Shown here: piece by piece, positions 56,664 to 64,000 of the stretch
How the letters are laid out: every line of letters begins with the position of its first letter
Position numbering within the stretch: position 1 is the first letter of the stretch
NCBI GenBank assembly: GCA_965283715.1
Contig: CBDIPL010000004.1
Span: 199,780 to 263,779 of the forward strand
DNA from: Sediminibacterium sp.
GTDB taxonomy: Bacteria; Bacteroidota; Bacteroidia; Chitinophagales; Chitinophagaceae
Direction of reading: 5' to 3'
Length of the DNA stretch: 64,000 nucleotides
Translations under genes and position numbers: made by a program
Notes under the pieces: generated by a model
Told to the model about the DNA's origin: nothing
Seen by the model: the letters and a program-made list of their open reading frames with translations, nothing else
Databases searched by the model: none

Positions 56664-58550
56664 CTATAAATAACGTTCAAGTTTTTCTAAAGCAAACCAA
56701 AATCCTTCGCCACCGTTTTTATGTCCCTGCCAAATTTCCGGTATAAAAGTCGCATCAGGACATCCTTCTGCTAGGATTTTTCCCAGTCTTTCAAAATCCA
56801 TTTCACCTTCGCCTACCTGCAAACCTTCCCCGTTCAATCCCTTTGCATCACCCAAATGAAGATGTGCTGTATAAGGGGCAATCTTTTCGGCAAATGCATA
56901 AAAATCCTGTTTAAAATAATTACAGGTAAGCATACTGTGTGAAACATCAAAACACATACGCAGGCTATACTGTTTGCAATATGAAACGATCTCATCAACA
57001 TGCACAAAAATATTCTGGTAACGTTGCCCACCAAAATGCCATGGGAATGGCGCCATTGTTTGAGGCGTAATTTCCACTCCTTCTGTATCTAATTCTGCAA
57101 GGCTTTTAAAGAACTGGTCATAATAAGCAACTTTCATTTCAGTTGCAAATGGTGCATCCATGCTAAAGCCGCCAATATTGGCAACGATCTGTGGTCTGGT
57201 TTCTTTTGGAAAATATTTTTTCAGGCTACGGGTAATGTCAATTACCTTTTGTGTTTCCTGCATGGAATATTCACGGTAAGCTTTGTCTGGTGTTGCCAGA
57301 TCCATTAGGTGCGAACCTTTGAATAATTCTGGCGCATGTACCACAAATCCACATTCATATTCTCCGGAAAGAAAATTTGCCGGATCTAATTCCATATCAG
57401 AATAAGAGAGATGAAACTCATAAAGATCTGGCTTAACAATTTTATGATATTCCTGAAAATCATGATACCTTACCGGAACACCCCATCTATGTTTGAAAGA
57501 ATAACTTCTGGGTTTGTACCTTTTGTCTTCAATATCGCTATCAAAAAAATAATCCTCAGCAAGCATATCCCTTTTCAGTTCAACACCCAGCAGTTTATCG
57601 TAGTTATTTGGTGGAAGTCCTTGTCCGGGACTTAATACTTTAATATGATGAGATGCAAGAATGGTCCCTTTTTTTAATTCCCGGGAAGATACCAGGCTCT
57701 TACCAAGATTTTCGCGGTTAATCATTTCACCCTGGCTTAACACTCGTTCTTTATCACTTCCAAGCGCGATCTCTATTTCGCGGATACCGGTAATCATTTC
57801 TTTAAATTCTGAATATTCAAGGCTCGCCGCGTGATCGGGCCCTTCCATAAAACGGTCGAGCGTAAAATGTCTCTCAATAATTTTTGCGCCAAGAGCAACA
57901 GCGGCCATAGATACACTGATGCCTCTTTCATGTCCTGAGTAACCAACCAGCGGATGGATCTTTGCAATGCTTTTCATCCATCGTAAATTTATATCGTGCA
58001 ATGGAGCAGGATAAGTACTGTTACAATGAAGCAATGCAAAATCTACCTTTCGTTTTGTAAGAAAATCAACGGTAAACTTCACTTCATCTGTTTTACTCAT
58101 ACCGGTTGACAGAATCAACGGTTTACCCGTTTTGGCCAGCCTGTCGAGTAATGGCAAGTTGGTTAAATCTGCAGACGCTACTTTATATCCTAACACACCA
58201 AAAGACTCAAGTATATCTACGCTTGAAATATCCCATGGTGTACATAAATATAAAATTCCTTTCGCAGCGCAATATTCAGAAAGGCTTTTATGCTGCTCTA
58301 CCGAAAGTTCAAACCGGTTTAATAAATCAATGATATATTCAGTACCGAGATCTTCGCCTGATTTATCAAGGCTTTTTTTCCGGTAAACTTCTTTTAGCTG
58401 ACGCATTTGGAATTTAACACAGTCAGCACCCATTTCAACAGCTTTATCAATCATTAATTTAGCCCTGTCAAAATCTCCGTTATGATTATTGCCAACTTCA
58501 GCAATAATGAAAGTTCTGTCACTACAGATATCAAATACTCCTATTTTCAT
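56664..58550 (-). CDS. neuB: NeuB-family ulosonate synthase (NeuB TIM + SAF) fused to a C-terminal xylose-isomerase-like TIM barrel
   Basis: IIAEVGNNHNGD, ADCVKFQ, KVASAD, ILSTGMS, LHCNSTYP, GYSGHE, IERHFT, GPDHAASL, SAF region LGKSLV...SPGQG. The extra about 280 aa has EFHLS, VHAPE, FDVSH, HLHLGD, IPEIW. Confidence 0.92.
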   Translation of the reverse strand: MKIGVFDICSDRTFIIAEVGNNHNGDFDRAKLMIDKAVEMGADCVKFQMRQLKEVYRKKSLDKSGEDLGTEYIIDLLNRFELSVEQHKSLSEYCAAKGILYLCTPWDISSVDILESFGVLGYKVASADLTNLPLLDRLAKTGKPLILSTGMSKTDEVKFTVDFLTKRKVDFALLHCNSTYPAPLHDINLRWMKSIAKIHPLVGYSGHERGISVSMAAVALGAKIIERHFTLDRFMEGPDHAASLEYSEFKEMITGIREIEIALGSDKERVLSQGEMINRENLGKSLVSSRELKKGTILASHHIKVLSPGQGLPPNNYDKLLGVELKRDMLAEDYFFDSDIEDKRYKPRSYSFKHRWGVPVRYHDFQEYHKIVKPDLYEFHLSYSDMELDPANFLSGEYECGFVVHAPELFKGSHLMDLATPDKAYREYSMQETQKVIDITRSLKKYFPKETRPQIVANIGGFSMDAPFATEMKVAYYDQFFKSLAELDTEGVEITPQTMAPFPWHFGGQRYQNIFVHVDEIVSYCKQYSLRMCFDVSHSMLTCNYFKQDFYAFAEKIAPYTAHLHLGDAKGLNGEGLQVGEGEMDFERLGKILAEGCPDATFIPEIWQGHKNGGEGFWFALEKLERYL

Positions 58551-58563
58551 TTACTCTTTTATT

Positions 58564-59928
58564 TTATTTATTATCTCTAACTGTCCACGATTGAAGACCC
58601 GATTCTTCGAATTTAAATGGTGTATATGTGAGTTTTTCTGCTTTCAACCACTGCATAAATTTTTGCCTGGAAAAAGCTGGAACATAAAAAAGGAAGTAGC
58701 CACCTCCACCTGCACCCAAAAGTTTACCGCCAATAGCTCCGTTTGAAATTGCCCCTGTATAAATTGTGTCTAGCCAGGGGGTACTGATTTTTGAACTAAA
58801 TGATCTTTTTAGTTGCCAGGCAGTATCCAGACATAATCCTAATTCGTGTAATCTTCCGCGAAGCAAATGATTACGCATATCATAGGTTAGATCAACATTT
58901 GCCTGTATCCTTTCTTTAACATTGCCGGATTTGGTTTGTTCTTTTTGATCAGTATGTATATTTCCCGAATCATGTGTTGTTCCTGTGTAGCAAAGAACAA
59001 GGCTTTCTTCAAGTTCAAGCAATACATGTTTAGGCATCCTGATAGGGTGAATCAGGTTCTGTTTTGGATTAAATTCCATAAAGTTGAATCCGCCAAACAC
59101 AGTTGCATACTGATCCTGCCAACCACCTGCTACTCCCAGGTAAAGCCTTTCTGCCTGGTAAGCGATTTCTGAGATCTCATATTGATCCCATTTATCATTT
59201 CTGAATTGGTTAAAGCAGCCCAGAATAGATGCTGCAACCACTGCCGATCCACCCAATCCTGAATTCATCGGAAAATCCGAATGCAGGTATAATTCAAATC
59301 CGAATGAAGGTTTGATCGCTTTTATCACTGCCTGGATAAGCACAAATTTGCCCCTATCTGTAAGCATTGTTTCATAATTATCATATTCAACGGAATCATT
59401 CAGATCCAGTGAATGAATATGGATCTTTGCATCCTCACGCACTTTTAATGTCGCATGCGAATAAAGTGAAATGGTAGCGTTAATTACTGCGCCTGCATTT
59501 TCACTGAAATATAAAGATGTATCAGAACCACCACCACCAAAGCTCACACGAACCGGCGCTTTGGCTCTTGAAAAAACTTTTTCTTCCAGCTTTTCAGGGA
59601 GATGATCCCTGCTAACAACAGATAAAAGTTTCTTATTTTCATCCAGTATCGGGATTATGCGTATTTGATGATCCAATTGCTTTAGAAGGATTTCCCGGGG
59701 TGTATCACTATGTGCCCATATAAAATCATAATTTGTGCAATTTTCTATCGGATCATTCAATGTAACATCTATCAATAATTTTCTACGAATATCTCCGTCA
59801 GTTGCTATACCTAAAACGACACCTTCCTCATTTTGTATAACTACAAAGCCATTTTCATTTGCTTCTATTAACGCCAATGCTTCTTTAATAGTGGCTTTAC
59901 TTTCTATTGTAAAAAGTTCCAATTTCAT
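58564..59928 (-). CDS. CBS-pair + GHMP sugar kinase fusion (HddA-like kinase domain)
   Basis: N-terminal CBS pair (TIKEALALI...GIATDGDIRR...IPILDE), then APVRVSFGGGGSD, PMNSGLGGSA, GGWQDQYA, GGKLLGAGGGG. Confidence 0.9.
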   Translation of the reverse strand: MKLELFTIESKATIKEALALIEANENGFVVIQNEEGVVLGIATDGDIRRKLLIDVTLNDPIENCTNYDFIWAHSDTPREILLKQLDHQIRIIPILDENKKLLSVVSRDHLPEKLEEKVFSRAKAPVRVSFGGGGSDTSLYFSENAGAVINATISLYSHATLKVREDAKIHIHSLDLNDSVEYDNYETMLTDRGKFVLIQAVIKAIKPSFGFELYLHSDFPMNSGLGGSAVVAASILGCFNQFRNDKWDQYEISEIAYQAERLYLGVAGGWQDQYATVFGGFNFMEFNPKQNLIHPIRMPKHVLLELEESLVLCYTGTTHDSGNIHTDQKEQTKSGNVKERIQANVDLTYDMRNHLLRGRLHELGLCLDTAWQLKRSFSSKISTPWLDTIYTGAISNGAIGGKLLGAGGGGYFLFYVPAFSRQKFMQWLKAEKLTYTPFKFEESGLQSWTVRDNK

Positions 59929-59957
59929 GTGTGTTTCCGATTAATTATAACTGACTT

Positions 59958-60809
59958 CTAAAAAGAGAAAGAAGCAATTAACGTGTCTGTTATTCCTAAT
60001 CCTGCCAGTTTTGCTTCATACGCGCTATTCAATTCTTCACTATTCAGGAAATTCCATTTTTGATGTCCGCCTGGTTTTCCGTTTGCCAGCCAATGCAAAT
60101 GGTTTGACAACGGGTAACGCTGAACATGGTCAACATAATCGAGTTTCATTCCCGTTTTTTGAGCAAGTAATTTCAAATTGGTCGAATTAAATAAGAAAAG
60201 GTGGCAGCTCCAATAGGTGAACTCTGAAAATGGTTTGTTTTTATATAGTGTCAACAGCGCATCAGAAGCAGAAGGAATTTCAAAAATAATCTGGCCGCTT
60301 GGTTTTAATTTTTTCTGCAATTGCTTTAGAATAACATCCGGTTCTTTCAAATGCTCAACAACATGAAAGGCGGTGATCACATCAAATTTTTGAGAATCAG
60401 GAATGTCATCAATATTAGGTACCACTTCAAACCCATTGGCTTTATAATGAGGTTGTAACCTAGTTTCAAGTTCAATTCCAAAAACACTTTTTGCAATTGG
60501 TCTTGCTTTAATTAGAAACCCCCCGGGGCCACAACCAAAATCCAATACATCTTTATTAGTAATTTTTTCACTGAAATACTTAATCCTACGCGCGTCATCA
60601 CGCTCTAACAAACGCAACCATTCATCAGTTTCTAACACATCGTCAGAATGCATTCCCGAATTCTCGTAAAAATATTCATCAATATGATCAAGTGATTCAA
60701 AACTCACAAGACCACAATGAGCGCACTCCATAATTTTCAATTCGGGGGCATCTCTAACAATGCCAGGTCTTTCAATAAATTCCTGGTTATTACATAAATA
60801 ACAATTCAT
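59958..60809 (-). CDS. Class I SAM-dependent methyltransferase with N-terminal Cys motifs
   Basis: CYLC...CAHC, LDFGCGPG, FDVITAFHVVEHL, IFEIP. Confidence 0.9.
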   Translation of the reverse strand: MNCYLCNNQEFIERPGIVRDAPELKIMECAHCGLVSFESLDHIDEYFYENSGMHSDDVLETDEWLRLLERDDARRIKYFSEKITNKDVLDFGCGPGGFLIKARPIAKSVFGIELETRLQPHYKANGFEVVPNIDDIPDSQKFDVITAFHVVEHLKEPDVILKQLQKKLKPSGQIIFEIPSASDALLTLYKNKPFSEFTYWSCHLFLFNSTNLKLLAQKTGMKLDYVDHVQRYPLSNHLHWLANGKPGGHQKWNFLNSEELNSAYEAKLAGLGITDTLIASFSF

Positions 60810-60835
60810 TACAATACTATTTTATAATAAAAAAA

Positions 60836-62131
60836 TCAAAGCCTGCCATCAATGATATTCCTATCCAGAAAAGACTTGATATCAAAGATCACAGAATCAG
60901 GTGATGCTTTTAATGATGAATAATTAAGGTTCAGAAAATCTGTATGGGAAACAGCTAATATAATGGCTTCATATTTATCAAGCGTACTGCAAAGGTTAAT
61001 GCCATATTCTTCTGTAACAGCATGTTTATCTGCATGTGGGTCATAGACATCTACCTGCAGACCAAACTGCTTTAGTTCGTTATATATATCTACTACTTTA
61101 GAGTTACGGATATCCGGGCAGTTCTCTTTAAAAGTAACGCCGAGAACCAATGCCTTGGCTCCCTTTATTTTTACCCCTTTTTGTATAAGGAGTTTGATCA
61201 CCTTGTTGGCTACGAACATCCCCATATTATCATTTACACGTCTGCCGGAAAGGATCACCTGTGGATGGTATCCTAATGATTCCGCTTTATGTGCAAGGTA
61301 ATAAGGATCTACACCAATGCAATGTCCCCCAACCAACCCCGGTTTGTACTTAAGAAAATTCCATTTTGTTGCTGCTGCTTCGATTACATCGCTTGTGTCG
61401 ATGCCTATGCGGTCAAAGATTAAAGCAAGTTCATTTACAAAAGAGATATTTACATCACGTTGTGCATTTTCGATAGCTTTTGATGCTTCTGCCACTTTTA
61501 TATTTGGTGCCTTGTGGGTACCAGCAGTAATAATGCTTTGGTATAATTTATCAACCACTTCTGCAATTTCAGGAGTTGAGCCTGATGTTACTTTTTTGAT
61601 TTTTGTGAGTGTATTTATCTTATCACCAGGATTAATTCTTTCAGGAGAATACCCACAATAAAAATCTTTATTAAAAACAAGTCCGCTTGTTTTTTCAAGT
61701 ACAGGTACACATTCTTCTTCTGTACAACCCGGATACACGGTACTTTCATAGATAACAATATCATCTTTTTTAAGATGCTTACCAATCATTTCGCTGGCAT
61801 GCTCTAGGAAAAACAAATCAGGCTTTTTATATTTGTCGATAGGCGTAGGAACTGTTACTATATATATGTTACAATCCGACAGGTCCTCCTGATTATAGGA
61901 AAGCAACAACCCTGTATTTGAAATAGTCGGTTCGTTTTTTTCTTTGATCAGCGTCTTCAGCATAGAAGATTCTACCTCGGCAGTTGCATCTACCCCGCTA
62001 AGTAATTCTCCTATTCTGTTCTTATTGATATCAAAACCTACCACCGGAAATTTGTGTGCAAATTCTATTGCTAACGGAAGACCTACATATCCCAACCCGA
62101 TAATGGCAATTTTCTTATTTTCTAAATTCAT
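60836..62131 (-). CDS. tviB: UDP-GlcNAc/GalNAc C6 dehydrogenase (TviB/WbpO family)
   Basis: IGLGYVGLP, VPTP, YESTVYPG, YSPERINPGD, GLVGGHCIGVDPYYL, TFKENCPD. Confidence 0.9.
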   Translation of the reverse strand: MNLENKKIAIIGLGYVGLPLAIEFAHKFPVVGFDINKNRIGELLSGVDATAEVESSMLKTLIKEKNEPTISNTGLLLSYNQEDLSDCNIYIVTVPTPIDKYKKPDLFFLEHASEMIGKHLKKDDIVIYESTVYPGCTEEECVPVLEKTSGLVFNKDFYCGYSPERINPGDKINTLTKIKKVTSGSTPEIAEVVDKLYQSIITAGTHKAPNIKVAEASKAIENAQRDVNISFVNELALIFDRIGIDTSDVIEAAATKWNFLKYKPGLVGGHCIGVDPYYLAHKAESLGYHPQVILSGRRVNDNMGMFVANKVIKLLIQKGVKIKGAKALVLGVTFKENCPDIRNSKVVDIYNELKQFGLQVDVYDPHADKHAVTEEYGINLCSTLDKYEAIILAVSHTDFLNLNYSSLKASPDSVIFDIKSFLDRNIIDGRL

Positions 62132-62179
62132 TGTATGATTTGCTTATTATATAACCCTTTGCATGAGATGAAAATTCTG

Positions 62180-62195
62180 GTAACCCTCGGGTTAC
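62180..62195. other. GC-rich palindrome GTAACCC-TC-GGGTTAC overlapping the wzz stop codon
   Basis: Perfect 7-bp arms with no adjacent U-tract. Confidence 0.4.
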
Positions 62196-63310
62196 TTTGC
62201 AACTGACCTCTTATTGCTTTCACCCATCAGATTTGAAAACAGCCTCCTGAAAACCAGTATAGCAATAATTAAAATACCTCCAACTGTTCCACCGATCATC
62301 AGGTATTTTTTTCTCCCAGCTCTGTCTTTGAATAAAGGGAACATGGGCCTGTCTATTACCTGTATCAATGGTGTTTCTTTTCGGAGATTGGCCTTGGCAA
62401 CTTCTAGGTTAACGATCAGTTGTGTAAGTAATGCAGAATTTGCCTGAACATCAATTTGTTCTTTAGCGGATGGAACCCGGTTTATGTTTAATGCCGGGTT
62501 CAGGTTATAAGTTTGGTCATTGGCAATAGCAACACCGGTCATGGCTGCATTCAATTCTCCTCGAATTGAATCGGTTTGCTTTTCAAGTGTGGCCACACTG
62601 AGTTTGGCTTTTTTACTCTTGGTTTCAACATAAAACTCAGAAACTTCCTGTACAATATTTTCTGTAAAATTTTTGGCAAACAGTTCATCCTTGTCTTTCA
62701 TTTGAACCACCATAATGCTTACCTTTTTATCTTTGGGAGCAATAGATAGTCCCCCCCCTATTATTGATGAATAGATTATTTCAAGAACACTATCCTGTTG
62801 ACGTGTATAATTTTCCCTTGAAACATTAGGTAAGAATTTCAACATCTCTAATTCCGGATTTGGCTTCTCTGGGTTTTTCCACTTGGTATCTATATAATAC
62901 TGGGCATATGAAGTGGTTTTCCCGTTTACAGTTAATGGATTTAATAAAGCCTTTTCAACGATCGTTCTTGACTTCATTAGTTCCATCAGATTGTTGCCAG
63001 TAAAAATTCCACCGGCAGAACCTGCTCCTACATCAAATCCAAACTGGCTTGCTAGACCCAACGCGCCACCAAAACCGGTACTGGCACCTTTGTCTTCTTC
63101 CAAAACAAAAGTGAGTGCCGCTGTATAAACAGGTTTTTGAATATAAGCGTACCAAAATCCAAGACCTCCACCAATGAGGCCAACCGAGACTATCAAAATC
63201 CACTTTGTTGTTAAATATAAAAACCAATCCTTCACCACTAAAATGATCTCACGCAGCGTGATCTCATCATCTTCTTGCATGTTTTTATGTTTTAACTGCT
63301 CTTCTGTCAT
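62192..63310 (-). CDS. wzz: Wzz-like polysaccharide co-polymerase (paralog of 10330-11405)
   Basis: DDEITLREI, TM1, KPVYTAALTFVLEE, ASQFGFD, ETPLIQVIDRP, TM2 (YLMIGGTVGGILIIAILV). Confidence 0.9.
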   Translation of the reverse strand: MTEEQLKHKNMQEDDEITLREIILVVKDWFLYLTTKWILIVSVGLIGGGLGFWYAYIQKPVYTAALTFVLEEDKGASTGFGGALGLASQFGFDVGAGSAGGIFTGNNLMELMKSRTIVEKALLNPLTVNGKTTSYAQYYIDTKWKNPEKPNPELEMLKFLPNVSRENYTRQQDSVLEIIYSSIIGGGLSIAPKDKKVSIMVVQMKDKDELFAKNFTENIVQEVSEFYVETKSKKAKLSVATLEKQTDSIRGELNAAMTGVAIANDQTYNLNPALNINRVPSAKEQIDVQANSALLTQLIVNLEVAKANLRKETPLIQVIDRPMFPLFKDRAGRKKYLMIGGTVGGILIIAILVFRRLFSNLMGESNKRSVAK

Positions 63311-63337
63311 TGAAATACCTTTATAGTTCTTAATCGG

Positions 63338-64000
63338 TTACAATCTTAGTATGGCAATTACAACTCCGGCCAGACTTGCCAATGCACTTGAGATTCCAAT
63401 AATTTCTCCGGTGCTAGCTCCTTTCTTTTCTATTTTCTTAGGCACTACCAATTCGCTTCCGGGCAATATTTTTGGATAAAATTTGAAAAAGAGGAAATGT
63501 TTAGTAGTTGCTGCTTTACCATTGGCATACACCACATAAGCTTTTTTACGCCATGCATCCCCATTAAACCCGCCCGCCTCATTTATATAATCTTTCATGT
63601 TATTGTTTTTCTGATAGGGCACCTGTGTAACCAATAGCACAGAGCCACTGATTTTAACCTGACCATCAAACTTAGGAATAAACAATTCATCTCCTGACCG
63701 AACAACTAGGTCTTCAATTGAACCAGGTTCTTTTAAAATCAAAGGCAGATCTAGCGGAATTTGGTCAAAATTTCTTGTAATCTCATTAGCAATATTTGAA
63801 GAAGTATCGTTTATATTCTTTTGGAGTTTTTTTGCAACTTCCTCCGATTTCAGTTTTTCCTCCAGAGTTTTATACCTTTTCAGATAGGCACCTTCCGGGT
63901 AAGCATCGGGTGTATAACCACCTGATCTTTTCAATAAGTCACTAACTCTTTCATTTCTACTACTCAGAGCATAAGGCCCTGGATATTGAACCTGTCCTGC
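63338..64000 (-). CDS. 3' part of an SLBB-repeat polysaccharide export protein (5' end outside window)
   Basis: GQVQYPGPY, RSGGYT, DELFIP, ISGSV, EAGGF, YANG, FLFFKFYPKILPGSELVVP and a terminal TM helix; matches the C-terminus of 7956-10268. Confidence 0.9.
   Translation of the reverse strand, partial: AGQVQYPGPYALSSRNERVSDLLKRSGGYTPDAYPEGAYLKRYKTLEEKLKSEEVAKKLQKNINDTSSNIANEITRNFDQIPLDLPLILKEPGSIEDLVVRSGDELFIPKFDGQVKISGSVLLVTQVPYQKNNNMKDYINEAGGFNGDAWRKKAYVVYANGKAATTKHFLFFKFYPKILPGSELVVPKKIEKKGASTGEIIGISSALASLAGVVIAILRL

Noticed and set aside
22415-56680. Longer starts given by the ORF track (24094, 33799, 36825, 47726, 51847, 56680; also 1525, 3595, 15519)
   Set aside because: They extend into upstream genes; starts at 24010, 33793, 36735, 47639, 51799, 56662, 1564, 3637 and 15486 give normal coupling and family-like N-termini.
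268-63227. Many 60-140 aa ORFs in the track lying antisense to or nested within long genes (e.g. 1092..1406, 12344..12742, 15690..16106, 26396..26806, 27337..27801)
   Set aside because: They are shadows of well-supported genes, with no recognisable motifs and no independent start context.
1-64000. CRISPR arrays, tRNA/rRNA, transposases, integrases and UpxY/UpxZ antitermination genes
   Set aside because: None seen. All intergenic gaps are short or AT-rich without such structure, and the 5' ends of both loci, where UpxY would sit, are outside the window.

Overview
The whole window is surface-polysaccharide machinery from a Bacteroidota genome; the gene families and TAnnTTTG-type promoter elements suggest Chitinophagaceae (inference). 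Two loci converge on a bidirectional hairpin terminator at 12138-12169. The + strand (1-12083) is the 3' end of a Wzy-type locus: polymerase/ligase fragment, two GT4s, an epimerase, a WecB/TagA GT, WcaJ, a Wzi-like barrel, an SLBB export protein, Wzz and a methyltransferase. The - strand (12248-64000, about 50 genes, still open at the window edge) is one very large locus with SLBB, Wzz, TviB-type dehydrogenase, Wzx, Wzy, amidotransferases, a WeeE/WeeF-like cassette, two 4,6-dehydratases and two more Wzi-like barrels. Its core is two parallel, non-canonical ulosonic-acid modules. Module A (49218-59928) has a CBS-GHMP kinase fusion, a NeuB-SAF-TIM-barrel fusion, a TIM-barrel epimerase, NeuA, a class III aminotransferase, a VOC protein, a methyltransferase and two SDRs, and ends in a LIC12162-like orphan protein. 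Module B (38391-47639) has a 2-hydroxyacid dehydrogenase, a lactonase, two epimerases, FkbM, a HAD, an HpcH aldolase and two KdsB-like enzymes, and ends in a LIC13510-like orphan protein. Neither module has the canonical precursor genes (neuC, legC/pseC, kdsA/kdsD) nearby. Four otherwise intact genes carry single-base deletions in short homopolymers, probably long-read consensus errors, while one acyltransferase looks truly decayed. I found no tRNA, rRNA, CRISPR array or transposase. Family assignments come from motifs read by eye; no database searches were run.
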